A stretch of 64,000 nt of DNA from Amoebidium appalachense (taxonomy: Eukaryota; Protista; Ichthyosporea): positions 11,163,355 through 11,227,354 of the forward strand of contig CAVNZM010000006.1 of NCBI GenBank assembly GCA_963693365.1, written 5' to 3'. This document shows positions 11,418 to 51,668 of the stretch, one piece after another; positions within the stretch are counted from its first letter, which is position 1; every line of letters starts with the position of its first letter. The translations under genes and the position numbers were made by a program. Below the pieces are notes generated by a model. The model was not told where the DNA came from, did not search any database, and was given only the letters and a program-made list of their open reading frames with translations.

Positions 11418-12495
11418 GGTGGTGGTGTTTGGGCTCGCAGGTCGGTGTCACCTGCAGGCAGTGATTGCTCAAACCCACACAGCACACGGTGTATCGATAG
11501 GGGGTTATTTCTTGGGCCTTTGGATGTGCTGTCTGCAGCCGCGGGCGGCCAGTAGGTAGTATATGCTGTTGTGAAACGCCGTGCTCATTCTGCTGCTCAG
11601 AGATGGGTACCAGTTGACCCCATCGAAGCATTGAGATGTACAAGCTTTTTGAATCGGCTGCTGATGTGTATGCGTAGCCGTGGGTTAGTGCTAAAAAGCC
11701 CTATTCTGCAGTGGTGGGATCCAGGTATTGGTCATATATGCTATGAAAGGGTGGCTGGACGTCGGCCAAGCTTTTGTGGTTGGCCGTGCTTCGTAGTGCA
11801 GGAGGGAAGTGAAAGTGGTTCAAACACTGCAGTATGTGAGAGAGGTTTCAAAGTTTGTAACCTTAGATGACTGTGCAATGTTTAGCTGGAGACGATTGGT
11901 TAGGAACGCAGCATCTTCAAGACTTTGGATGCAAAAGTCCATGGCGATTGGTGGAATAGAATGTCCAATTATATTAGACACACCCTGGAGCTGAAAATAT
12001 AAGGGGGAAACTTCAGAAATTTAAAATTTTCATGACATGCATATTAAAAATAGTATGGTCGGCCACAGAATCTCATACTAACAGTCATAGCGCTCACTGA
12101 TGTTCAAACTCTTGCAGATTACCAGGTAGAAGACATACAGATGTGCTTAAGAAAGCATAGAAATACGTAGAACGTTCAGATGTGGTGTGCTTGGTGAGCC
12201 AGAGCTCAGAAGCCCCAGAGCTCAAAGGGAAAAAGTATCGGGAAATTTAGCCTGGCGCTTTCTGTACCGGCGGGCTCCCTAATGTTGCTTATTCACTTTG
12301 CCTATGATTCGTTATTTGAATTGGCAATATTTTGAAACGTACTGTAGCTAATATATCTTTTAAATAACCACGCTGTAGGGCACGGCTATGGTGTGCAACC
12401 GGTAGAAGACGTGCCTGCAACAGCAACTTCCACAAAGACAGCCACGTGGTCATAATCACTGAGAACCCAGGGGTTTAGGGAACCTGCTCCGTAGG

Positions 12496-12574
12496 CCAAT
12501 CATTAGGTTTCGATTATTACAGGAGCCAATCAACATCTCACTATAACAATGCATGCACAATGTTTCCACCAATC
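12496..12574. promoter_or_regulatory. Cluster of three CCAATC boxes ~1.1 kb upstream of the astacin gene
   Basis: CCAATC at 12496, 12526 and 12569. An NF-Y-type role is inferred only. Confidence 0.3.
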
Positions 12575-13314
12575 AAGAGACGTATTCAAATTGTGCCACA
12601 TGCCGAATCATTGCCGATGTCGACTCGTATAATTGCACGTATTTCTATATCCCTGGAAAGCAAAAAATTTAAGTGTCCTCAAAGCGATTGGCTGAATCAG
12701 CACCACGCCTTGCACGGTGACAGGGCCACCAGGGCCACACAATGACTGAACGAAGTGCTCACGGTTCTCTTAGCTTGGCAATGTTGGCAGGCAAGCCTCG
12801 CTAAATAAAGCCCCGCCACGTGTGTGGGTTTGTGCCATGTACACATGTACAACTTTGAAGGTGTTCCGTAGTGCACAAGGCAGCAAGGAATGCCTGTTTT
12901 CCATGGCCAAGTTACGGTTGGTCTAGCATGCAGGCAGCGGGGAGGCAATTGCAAATGACTTATTAGGACGCAGTGAGGTTCCAGCATCAAAGCAACTGCT
13001 CCAGAACACGTCAGAAATTTGTTGCCCAGGTGGCTATACTTCAGTTTATTTCAGACTTTGTCGGTGTGGTCAACGGCAACCTGACCTACCCTTGATATAT
13101 CTAATCATAGGCTCGTGGCCCCGAGGAAAATACACAACCTCCGCGTGTCGCTCAAGAAATAGTCCTTGTCATTCAAAAGCCTTCATCACAGCAAAAACCT
13201 TCATGGATTCTGCAAGCAGCCAAAAAGCCAATACCTTACGCCTGTGAAACTACATTTAATCTAGCCAACGGTATGCATTGCTTTCAATTGAGACTAGCAC
13301 AAAAGTCTTGGAGG

Positions 13315-15982
<2,668 letters not shown>

Positions 15983-16608
15983 AGTTCCTCGGTCGTCGGC
16001 CCTGCTTGCCGAGCACTGACAGACTGAAACTTGGCGGCACTGGGCCACTGGCATTGGAATTTGGCTGCTCAGCGCACTGATTGGTTCGTTTTAATGAGCA
16101 GCCCTGGAATTTCAGCCGGAATGTGCTTCCTGATGACGATAGCCTACCCCAAAACAAACAAAAGGCACACAGTGCCGCACACTGATAGTCTCCTGTAGAT
16201 ACCGAAGACAACTCATGGAAGGCACACAGCCTAGCATCTCAGTATACTAACTATTATAAACGTATAGGAACGCGCATGACCGTGCAAAAGGCAGAATTTT
16301 CCCGGCAAGCTGTACCCAGTGAAGACTCTTTGTTCTACATAGATCCAATACGTTATGTACATTCACTCAGTAGCGCTACACCTGGTTCCACCGTTCTTCT
16401 CATTCTAATGGTAATATATAAATTCTTACATAGAGACATTCATAGCGAGGGCGAAGAAACACACCCAGAAATCATATCGAGCGCATAAGATAGTAGCAGC
16501 AGCAAACCGACATACTTATGCAACAAACTGGTCCATACTCGTTGCCTGCTGCAAGTCACCCCTGCGTGCATCTATGCCCCTGGTGCCTACCAGCCACGTG
16601 TTGCCTAG

Positions 16609-29877
<13,269 letters not shown>

Positions 29878-30813
29878 GGTGGCCGGCACACCGAAGAGCT
29901 AGCTGGGAGAAGCGGGGGTGGCTGTGGTGGGTGCCTGATATAGCCCTTTCGTAGACGCTGGAGAGAGCCAGCCCGATGCAGTTAGAACAAAACCTAGAAG
30001 CAGCTATGTCCAAGGAAAAGAATTATTGCCACGTTATGTTTGCCTCCTCCGCTGTATGTCATTTCCCCCGCTAGTTGCCGGTGATTTGAATGGGTAGAAG
30101 GAAGCCCCAGATGCCATAAAAAATTAGTTTACACTGAGTGCTTAGCTGATGTGCTTGGCTTTAAACCGGGTGCCAAACGGGCAGCAATTCCGTGTAAACT
30201 CAGCCACAACGCAGCAGAAAGTAGTAACATGATATGGTTACATCTGTAACTCGAACCTAATATTATTTTAGTGTGCCCCCCGGATTCCTCTCTAGTCTAG
30301 GCCCCTTCACTCGACTTCACAGCAGCGCACACTCCGGAGCCCGGGCTGGCACAACGCTGTGCAGGGGCAAGGTTATAAATTTTCCCGCCATTTTGGTATG
30401 TAGTGATTGGCTTAGAGAGTACCAGATAAGCCAAATATGGCTACATGAAAAAATCCCACTTGCTGAGTCAGCCGGGGGGGTTGCCAGCATTTTTGATGCT
30501 TGTGCAAGAGCGGCAACAGGCACATAGACAGAATCATGCTGAAAAATTCCGTATTTGTTTCTTGATAATCTTCTAATATTACTTTTTCCAACTTTTTTTT
30601 CAACCTCGAATCGTAGGCTTGGTAACTTATGAAGCCATTTTCAATTGCCTGGAAAAAATGAGACCAACCAGCAACAAAGGAGGGCCCCATCAGCATGAGT
30701 TTAGGAGGTAAAACATGACATCAGGCTAGCTGAGCGCCAAACCAAAACAACTTGGTCGACCCTCTTCAATGAGTGCACAGTGAGTGCAGGGCTGCAACGA
30801 GGAACGAGACACC
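29878..30813. promoter_or_regulatory. Likely bidirectional promoter between the FIRRM-like and threonine synthase genes
   Basis: About 0.9 kb of microsatellite-free spacer between head-to-head ATGs at 29877 (-) and 30814 (+). Confidence 0.5.
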
Positions 30814-41518
<10,705 letters not shown>

Positions 41519-42117
41519 GAGACCTTAGAATTTCCAGCCAGCCAATAGGAGGAATTATGACTGAGTATCCTGCCAACCAAATGGGGGCTTCTTGTATCCG
41601 GCCATCCAATAGAGCCGGGGCATATCATGCCAGCCAAATAAAATACTATCACAATGGCAACTGCATTACATATATGTAAGCAAACCCCCCCCCCCCCCCC
41701 CCCAAAAAAAAAAAAAAAGTGTACGTGTACCCGATGTACACACTACGCACACGCACACAGATACGAATGCGCACCTAGACTGTGACACACAGACACACAC
41801 ACACACGCGCGTGCGCGCACACACGCACACGCACACATGCACGCACACGCGCACAAACCCACCACAGCAGTCACGCACAAAGCCTGGTAGCCAAGGAAAT
41901 CCCCAATTGGTGCACGCGTGTACGTTCCTTATTATTGATAATTATTGGATCACCACACGTTGTCGGTAGGGACCCTCCGTCATCCGGGTCACTGGTAGCT
42001 GGTGACGGTTCATGATTGACCGTTCGACGTTCATCCCCCATGTGACTGGGGCATGATCACGGCATCATCAGTTCATCACGCGTGGAGGCGTTGATTGGCT
42101 GGCATTAGATTCCAGAT

Positions 42118-42360
42118 CTAGATGCCCCTCCGCCTTTGGTCACCTACACCAAGCAGGCAGCTGGGCACATGTTCATTGGCCCCTGTGCGCATGACCAGAA
42201 GCAACATGGGAGCTTGGCGGCCAGCACGCTGCATTGCTGCACGCGTCTCACTAGTAGCAGTTACAGCAAAGAAATGAGCACCTGCAATATAAAGTCGACG
42301 TGCACTCTTGGCTTGTGCATTCCAGAGTCCGTGGAATCGTGAATGTAGATGGTCCATTGA
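42118..42360 (-). mobile_element. Possible decayed hAT transposase C-terminal dimerisation-domain fragment
   Basis: LWNAQAKSARRLYIAGAHFFAVTATSETRAAMQRAG loosely resembles WW...PxL...A...L.xPATS...ER.FS.AG. This is a weak by-eye match. Confidence 0.25.
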
Positions 42361-42542
42361 TGTGTGCTGTTGCTGCTGCTGTGGACATGCAGCCTACTGT
42401 GCAAAACCACGTCCATAATCTCAAGGGGTTTTTGTATTTTCATGCAGTATCTTATGGAGAGATTGTGCTGGTTTCCATTATCATTCTCAGGTCAAAACTT
42501 CGTAGGCTAGTAGCAAAGACACAGTGCTGTGTAGGGCCTTAT

Positions 42543-43530
42543 GAAAATATCCTGTTTTTCGCCCTGAGTATCAACCGGGATATATCACAAAAATATCGCC
42601 TTAGCCCCTGAATATCCCCTTTTTTTTTTTCTGAGAGCGCCCTGAGCATCATTACAACATATCCCGAAAACGTCCCTGAATATCAAAAGATATATCAAAA
42701 GTATCCCGTCAAGCCCCTGATTATCATACACAAGTATCCCGGCCAAATTAGCCTTTTGGGCAAACCTATCGTACGTATATCTCTCTCCAAAGGCAGAGTA
42801 TACGCCCAAATATACCTTTCTGCTGTGAGTCCCTTTTACAGAACTTAGGCAATGTATAACTCTGCTTTTTCAAAGCTAAGCCATTAGTATTTGTATGTGG
42901 CCGGCCAAATTTATGTGCATGCCGCATCAGCGCTGAGGATGCGGATGAGCTGGTGTTGAACTGGCCATGGCATATGCATATGCATGCTATGTGCGTATAC
43001 TACATGAACACACTGAAACATTGCATATCAAAGTTCACTATGCGGCATATGTACTTGTTCATGCACCTTATTGTACAACCATAAGTTTTGCCTCAGCTTC
43101 ATCATGTATAAATTTAAAATCAATACTATAATACATTGCTTTGTTTTGTTTGAGAAATGTTTGCTCCCTGGGGAGGTGCAAGGGGTGCATAATTGGCTAA
43201 TTCCGGCCCGATAAAATTACCCATTTATGGCTAAGACAATGATTTTGGAAATAATCTGTTTGTTTGCATTGGTCGTTTGACGTTCGCCAAGATCAAATCT
43301 CGCCCGTAAGGTCCCGCCATTTCTTATAGATAACATAAACAAAAAGGGCCGGATATATCTTGCTCCTTGGCCCAGGATATATCACACTTCGGTGGATACC
43401 AAAAGATATATCATTTTGCGCCCCCTCCCTGAATATCACGGGATACATCCCAAGCTGGACCTGAATATCACGAGATATATCAGGTATCCAGGACACCCCT
43501 GAATATCACCGTGATACCCGGGATATTTTC
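42543..43530. mobile_element. Putative non-autonomous DNA transposon with subterminal motif arrays
   Basis: Inverted ends GAAAATATCCTG (42543-54) and CGGGATATTTTC (43519-30) match at 11/12. Eight CCCTGAATATC-like copies and six GATATATC palindromes are clustered only near the two ends. Confidence 0.55.
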
Positions 43531-44292
43531 CAGTTGCCGGCGACTCTTGGGTCTCCGGCCTTTTTTTCGCTGATGATATTGTCTTAGTCACTCACAATCC
43601 TTCTATCATGAATAACATGCTTTCTCGAGTAGATAACTGGTGTTTCCGAAAATTCATGAAAATTGGGATAGATAAATGCGGCACCTTTTCTTCCAATGCA
43701 CAGTACACTCTGAACATTCTTGTGTGTGTGTGTGTGCGCGCGTGCATGCACGCGTGTACGTGTGACATGTGTGCTTATGTGTGTGCTTGAGTGTGTGCGG
43801 GTGTGAGTGTAAGTGTGTATGTGCGTTTGTGAGCCCACACGTGTTCATCACGGTGTGTGAGCACGTCTGTGTGTGCGTGTGTGTGTGTGTTGTATGCGTA
43901 TATGCTGTGTGTGTGTGTGTGCGTGCATGTGCGTGAGTCGCACTGTATGTGCTCGTGAGCCACAGTGTTTTTGTGCCGTGTCGCGTAACACGTGTATGCT
44001 CATAACCCCATGGTAAATTACGTGCGTCAGTAGTAAGATGAACAGGAAAATCTTAGCAGGTAACACGGCAACCAGACCACAGGGTGGTGACCATGGTTGC
44101 TGTCAACTCCCGGCTCTTCTCCTGGCTCTTTTGCTCCCCCCCCCTCCCCCCCCCTCCCCTCCCCCCCCCCCTTCCCCTCCCCCCCCCCCCCCCCCCCCCC
44201 CCGCCCCCCTCCCCCCCATCTTCCCCACCCCCTCCCCCACCCACCCAGGGCCCAAAAACATCAGCTGAATGAACTTGCTCTGGACAGCCTTC

Positions 44293-44766
44293 TGCAAAAA
44301 GCAGAATACTTTGCTTTTAGCAGAGTATTCTGATTTTCAGCAAAACTGTTCTGATTTTTAGCAGAATTATTCTGATTTTTTAGCAGAATTATTCTGTTTT
44401 TTAACAGAAATTTTCTGATTATTAACAGAATTATTCTGATTTATTAACTTTAGCGGAATTATTCTGATTTATGCATAGCAGAATTACTTTGATGTTGGCA
44501 GACTGATTCTGCTTTTTACAGAATAATTCTGCTGAAAGCAGAATTATTCTGATCTTAGCAGAAGAAATATTCTGATTATTGCAGAATTATTCTGATACAA
44601 TGGGAATTATTCTGATTTTAGCAAAATTATTCAGCAAAAGCATTTTGAATTCGTCTTTATCAGAATTACTGGATTTTATTCTGCAAACCACTCTGCCTAG
44701 GGCAGCAGAGAATATTCACTCCAAGCAGAACAATTCTGCTAAAAAGCAAAACTATTCTGCTTTGCA
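44293..44766. mobile_element. MITE/foldback-like element made of CAGAATTATTCTG palindrome repeats
   Basis: Imperfect terminal inverted repeats of ~40 bp: left TGCAAAAAGCAGAATACTTTGCTTTTAGCAGAGTATTCTG versus reverse complement of right TGCAAAGCAGAATAGTTTTGCTTTTTAGCAGAATTGTTCTG. The interior is a degenerate ~20 bp tandem array. Confidence 0.7.
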
Positions 44767-44812
44767 AAACGATTGTGCTTTTGCTTTTTGCAGATCAAGT
44801 TTCTGATGTGGT

Positions 44813-44857
<45 letters not shown>

Positions 44858-44927
44858 ACCCCACCCACCCACCCCACCCCCCTCCCCCCCCCCCCCCCCC
44901 CCCCCCCCCACCCCACCCACCCACCTC

Positions 44928-44970
<43 letters not shown>

Positions 44971-46895
44971 ACCCCACCCACCCACCTCACCCCCTCCCCC
45001 CCCCCCCCCCCCCCCCCCCTCCCCCCGCCCGCCCGTTTTTTAAATAACTTACCAGGTTTGGTAGGGTCTTTTTTCTCATCTTTTTCGCTATGTGAAATCT
45101 AACATGTCGACAGAGTCCTTAACGTGATCATCACCCCGGGCCCCTGTATATCCCATCCCCACTGGTGCCCCATGTGTCTCGGTTTCCGGGCTGTGTTTAT
45201 CCCGGCCCTCCCACCGAGCCAACAAACTGGTTGTTCCTAGAACAGCCTTTGATGGTCCGCTTTCGACGTTTATTTATACTATCATGAATATTAATGGAAA
45301 CAAGGGTGGTATCCGCACGCACCTAGGCCTGCACAGAGTACAGTACCTCCACACAGTTATAGTTAAAGACAAGTGCCGGCCTAATGCTGCACTATTCAAC
45401 TACAGAATGGGCTTAGGTTTGCTACTGGAGGAGGAAAAAAATACAAGCGTTTACATACGTGATATATCGGCCGGCACCGTGAGGAAAGGGCTGGTTTGCG
45501 CAATCATCCGTTATCAGACAACCATCTACTCCCTAAACAAAAAAGGAGTGAAACCTTGGAGATAAATAGCTAAGCTCGGAGCACGTAATTTTGGGTAAAA
45601 AAGTGCTTAGCAAAGGTTTAATCAAAAGCATTACACATTACATAGTAGTGAAAAGATTAAAATTGAAAAACTTCTATAAAATTCAATAAAGCCATATAAT
45701 ATAACAAAGTCCTTAAGGACGTTAAAGCAATACAGCAAAGTCCTCAAAGCAATGGTTGTCGGAATTCTGCGCGATCAACAATTTACAGGGTGTAGGGGGT
45801 TAGCAGGTGGCTTTCTGTGTGATTCGACGTCGACTGTCGATAGTCACATACTATACTGACGAACCTGGCAGGGATTGGTAACATGCATATCGTGACTTCA
45901 AATAGCACTGTACAGCATATGAAGCGTTGGTTGTTCTGTAGCATATATGCGCTACCTAAAGCATGTTATGGTAATATACAGGGTATCCAGGTTAGTAAAA
46001 CCGCACTTTGTGAAAACCGGATCTTGCGAGGTGCACTCACAGCAAGTGCTGACTTTGGTTGCTAAGGGTTTCTGGCAGGCTACATACAGCATGACTGCGA
46101 GTGACAAACTCTGACGCCGGCCTGTGGATGCTTGGCAAGGTATGGGAAGGCACGCGTGCTCTGGTTCTGCTCTGATGGCTAAATCCCTGAATAAGGTTCA
46201 ACCAGTCGATGGCTATGTGCTTCAGGCCCTCAAGGGATAGGATTTGGGCAGATGTCTTTCTACACGGGCAAGGATAATGGCAGACACACGCAGGTTATTG
46301 ACAAGCAACACGCACGCAGATGATTAGGACGGGGCACTGTGCTTTACCTGCCCTGTTGCGACTCCTTGTGGCCACACTGCTGTTGGGTGGGTGTCCCTGC
46401 TTGGAGTCACTTCTCACGGCTACTTATGAATGAAACCGGTTTTGTTTTATGCTCGAGAATGAGTGTAGCTGCTAGGCTTACATGCACGCGGATAATTATG
46501 TCAGCGACTTTCCACACTGAGAGTGAGGGGGGGCGAGGGGCAGGATTTAAGAGAAAGGGTTGAGGAGTTAGCTCCACCCTGTGTACGTGTGTTCTTGTGT
46601 CCTTGCAACCTGTGCGTGGTGTGTGTGTGTGTGCATGTTTGTGTGCTTGTAATCAAGGGAGGCTGTTTTAAAAGAATGGAAGGAGAGACAGAAAAAGAGA
46701 GCCAGGGATACGGTTAGTGCCATTGGATATGTGGGAATAGGCATGAGGATCAGGGCAACTCAATAGGGAGAGATTGTTTCACTTTGTTTTTGAGCATGCT
46801 GGTGTGTCTGTGGACGTGTGTTCTTCGACTGGAGAATTGAAACGAGATGCGCGCGTGCGCGCGCGCGTGTGTGTGTGCGTGTGTGTGTGTGCGTA

Positions 46896-46958
<63 letters not shown>

Positions 46959-47782
46959 ACACGTGTGTGTAATGTGTGCACGTACGTACGTGTGCTAATG
47001 GATGCACGTGTGCCCTTGTTTATTCGGTCTGCCTGTGCAACTATAAAAGATGGGTCCGTGCCTGTGGTCGCTTGTGGCTATTATCGTGTGAATGGTGGAC
47101 CTATTCTTTGGCCAGTGTATTTGATGATTTATAGGGTGTGGGTTGGGTGCTTTCGTGTCCGTATTCCAGGCGCCTGTTCTGATTATTGTGTGCCTCTGAT
47201 GTCTGCTCCTTAAGGCTGCACGGGTATTGCAAAGGACAGGTTGAGAACCGAGCAAGTGTGTGTGTCAGTGGTTGTGGTTCTGTGTGTGTGTGTTTTATTG
47301 CGGCATCTCTTTCTTTGCTGGATGGGTGGGTGGATGGGCGAAGGAGGGGGAGGGGGGGGGGAGGGGGGACGGGGAGGGGGAGGGGGGGAGGGGGGGCTTT
47401 ACCGATGACATTGCAAGGTTTTAGTTTGGGTGGCCTCCATTGGCTCACGGTTTAGACGGCACACACACCTGCAACCACTTAGCCACACTACCATAAATAT
47501 TTCTTTTCTGGCACCAACTGGGATACGCTTGTGTATGTTGTGTGTGGGTAGGGGGGAGGAGGCAGGGGGGAAGGGGGGGGGGGGGGGGGGTTATGCATTT
47601 CTGTGTGTGAGTGTGTGCACACACACTATTTTGTTGGCCCCCCCCCCTCCCCCTCCCCCCCTCCCCCCCCCCCAGGGTTTTCTTTTCTTTATTTATTTAT
47701 TTATTTATATTTTTTTTTTTTTTTTGGGGGGGGGGGGGGGGGGTAAAGTGCATCGGTAGTGCCTCCCTGGCTGCGTGGACTC

Positions 47783-48536
47783 ATGTGCCTGCTGTGTGCT
47801 GCAGGGGCATGGCCCTGCCTGTGCAGCAGCTTCCAGGGGCCCAGCGTGTTCCGAGACATCTGGTTCATCCACGAGCCAGAGGACACTTATGTGGGCGCAT
47901 ACTTCTTTGTCGTCGTGGGCGGGCCACCACGGTCCAGGGAGAATGTCTCCCTAGTGCTGGAGAGTGTCTACGGCAAGGGGGGTCTCTACACACCAGACGA
48001 TGGCACGGGGGGGGTTCATTTCTTCCCCGCCATCAACCTCATGCAGAATGAGGCCAGTGCTGGCCGGGTGGGCAACGGCACAGCCCCCTGCCTCAGCAAG
48101 CAGCTGGACGGGGGGTTTCCCCGGTCCTTTGCCACCTTCTATGTGACGGTGGATAGCATGGGCCTGTACCGGCTGCATCTGCTGCGCAGTGGGGAGGAGG
48201 CGCACGTGTTTGGGCTGCAGATGGCCATGAACAGTGTGGACAATGTGACGTTCGTGGCCGAGAGCAGGCGGTTCCGGGTGCTGCCGGAGCAGCAGTGCAA
48301 CGGGGCGCTGTGGAACAGCACGGTCAGCTGTGCGGGCTGTGTGCACGTGCTGGGCTTCAAGTGTGCCTACTGCGACACCCTGCAGGCCGTACGCATCCCC
48401 CCTGGTGCTTGTTCCCTGTGCATGCAATTCCTCTCTTTTGTGGACACACGCGCTCTTTGGCTCCCCTGCTGCCAGCCCATGTGCCCTGCCTACCCAACAT
48501 ACTGCCCTCCACGTGCCCACATTTCTTCCTGAAGCG

Positions 48537-48578
<42 letters not shown>

Positions 48579-48659
48579 CCTCTTCCCCCCCTCCCCTCGC
48601 CTCCCCTCCCCTCCCGACAACGAATAACCATGTGTGGCTTTGTGTGTTTTTTTTGTTTT

Positions 48660-48691
<32 letters not shown>

Positions 48692-49091
48692 GAGGGGGGG
48701 GGGGGGGGGGGGGGAGAGAGGGTGATGTGATAGGGGCAGAGGGGTTTGACGCCAGAAGAGTGAGCAAAAGTACGGTGTGATGGCAGTTTGCATGCCTGCA
48801 GATACAAGTGCCGGTGGCAGCACAGCCCCTTAGTATCGCCTGGCCGAAACACTGTGGGCGATAATCCCCCCCCCCCCCCCCCCTCCCCCCCGCCGGGCGC
48901 GGTTCCCTTCAACCTTTTGTCGGGCCCAGCCTCAGGCTGTTGATGTTTTGCATCGGGTGGGTATGCAGCAATGATTGGGGGGATGCTGACAGGGGTGGTG
49001 GGTGCAGTGTGTCACTAGTGACGGGGTGGGCCCAACGGACAAAGATGCATGCCCAACATACCACGTGCAGCAGTGCTATGGTATGCACGCG

Positions 49092-49175
<84 letters not shown>

Positions 49176-49179
49176 CACA

Positions 49180-49231
<52 letters not shown>

Positions 49232-49235
49232 ACAC

Positions 49236-49324
<89 letters not shown>

Positions 49325-50049
49325 GCACACACACGCACGCACAAGCACACGTACACGCACACACACACACGCCCGTGCGCGCATGCACACTACCACACGC
49401 GTGTGTGCGCGCACGCACACACACATACACACACACACACGCACACACACGCACACACACACACATTTAGACACATGCGCGCAGCGCACGCGTGTTGGCA
49501 CACACGCTCATGCATCAAACACCCACGCACACAGCTACTCAGTTACTGACATTTACATCATGACATCCGCGTACACTCCGGATGTCACGGCAGGCGCCTT
49601 TGCCGACACACGTGGAAATATACACGCGCATACACACTAGGAAGTTTCCCTCTCTCCTGTATTTCCCCGCCCCCTCCTCTCCCCCGGCGGCCTACCCACC
49701 CAATCACGGTCATAAGCACACCCAAAGCCTGTTTGGCCTAGCATCTCACACCCTGTGCAGTGCCCGGGTCGCGCATCATTGTAGTTGTGCCCATGGTGGT
49801 GGGAGGCCTTCTGCTGCTCCTGCTTGTGTCCAGCTGCTGCTGCTGCAAGTGGCGCATCCACCGCAAGTATGCCCGCATCAGGCAGCAGATAAACACCCCC
49901 ACAGCAAGCAGGCCCCACTCCCTCAGGGCCAGCCCAGTAATGCAGGTGAAGACTACACCTGTTGCTTCCCCCCCCAACCCCAGTCCCGTTCCCCTCCTAC
50001 CTGTGACACTACCCACACACACACACACAGAGAGGGGGGGGAATGTCAC

Positions 50050-50090
<41 letters not shown>

Positions 50091-50492
50091 TGCCTCGGAG
50101 CGAGATAGAGAGAGAAAGGAAAATTAGTATGTAATGAATGAAAGAGGCCCCCAGTGCCTGCTTGTCCAAGTAGCATCATTTGCTTGGACATATATTGCCC
50201 CGCAACCCCAGCTTGAACAGTCCACCATCATCTTTACTGCCACACACACGTACATGGATCTACACACCACCAATCTTTGCAGACACACACACGTACATGG
50301 ATCTACACACCACCCATCTTTGCAGGCACACACACGTACATGGATCTACACACCACCCGTCTCAAAGTACGCAGACACACACACGGACACATCACCCCTT
50401 GCACGTGGGGGGTGCAGGGCAGGGCACTGACTGGCTGGGTGCAGACCTACGGCACGATGAGTATGGGGGAGGCCGGCCCATCCGGTGTTTAG
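47783..50492 (+). CDS. Type I single-pass membrane protein with PSI-like Cys domain (PTTG1IP-like C-terminal half), ~303 aa
   Basis: Exons 47783-48388, 49008-49080, 49761-49945, 50445-50492, phase-consistent. Features: SCAGCVHVLGFKCAYCDTLQACV...C...C, a TM segment IIVVVPMVVGGLLLLLLV, then SSCCCCKWR and a basic tail, plus several NxS/T sites. The start and last exon are uncertain. Confidence 0.75.
50241..50357. repeat. Intronic minisatellite, 43 bp x3
   Basis: TACATGGATCTACACACCAC recurs at 50251, 50294 and 50337. Confidence 0.9.
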
Positions 50493-50716
50493 CCCCCAGG
50501 GGGATCAAATGCCCAGGGGCAAGATGGGGATTGTGCTGCTGCGGTGATAAAGCCAAGTGGGGACGGCCTGTAATGCAGAGAGCAGCCTCAGTCGGGGCAG
50601 ACACAGCCCTGGGGCCAACGAGCGGGGCCAGCTATGTGCAGGCACACGTCAAGGAGACCCACAGTTAGGGCCACTACTTGCGGGGGCACACACACACACA
50701 CACATACACACACGCA

Positions 50717-50779
<63 letters not shown>

Positions 50780-51668
50780 CACGCACGCACGCAGACACAC
50801 AGACGCACACACATGCACACTCACCGGCATGCGCCATACACGCATGCACATGCACCCCCGCACATGTACCACGAACAAATGACATGTACTCGCTATGCCA
50901 CACACACATGTACAAACCACACCACGTGCACACATTATATGCGCAAATATTCATTTATAATCCTGACAGTCACTTGATCCAACACACCGCCACAGAAGAC
51001 ATGCATATCACACATGAATATGAATATATTAGCGTTATCTTGGGATCAAACGCCATAGTTCACGAAGGTATTTTAAAATTTTTAATTCTCTGAACATAGG
51101 CCTGTGGCCTTGCAATAGTGTCACCCGTCAGGCAGGCATGTATAGGTAGCGGACACTGTATTTGTTCAGCCCGGTGTAGTGCACTGTATTCGTTAGTTAG
51201 TGTACATGAAGAAGAAAAAATACACGATTACTATTTCACCCACGTATGCCAAACCTGTTCGTCTTCATTTGTTTGCTGACTGGATCGTATGTCCCTATGC
51301 TTGTGGATACATTCATGTTGGACACAGGCCCAAGTTTCTCTTTCCAAGGGCATAAAGCTATCGATATTGTACAGATTGTACATGGGCCTTCTCATACAAC
51401 CCCAACTGCAAGGTAAATACCATACGAATAAGGTCATGTGCTCTCTTTTTGATTGAAACTGCGTCAAGAAGCCTTGAATATATACTGCAATAGTTTGCTG
51501 GTGCCCGTGTCGGGCATTGCACCAATGGCAGATTGTATCGATGTCCACACGCCACCTTCCGCTGTTATGTTCACTGTTACAGCAGTAGCTACATGGTACT
51601 GTTCCACACCTTTGACTAAACGTTTCGTGCATAACTATTCCTGAGGGCCCCGAGGGTGCCGGAAGGCA

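Noticed and set aside
30412-30696. 94-aa minus-strand ORF in the FIRRM/threonine synthase spacer
   Set aside because: AT-rich, atypical codon usage, no recognisable motif. More likely promoter or transposon-derived DNA.
44293-44766. Palindromic repeat array as a CRISPR-like locus
   Set aside because: The units are nearly adjacent with no unique ~30-nt spacers, there are no cas genes, and the context is eukaryotic.
51231-51632. 133-aa Cys/His-containing minus-strand ORF
   Set aside because: It lies in the probable 3' UTR of the PP1-regulator gene, lacks the GC3-rich codon bias of real exons here, and has no coherent zinc-finger spacing.
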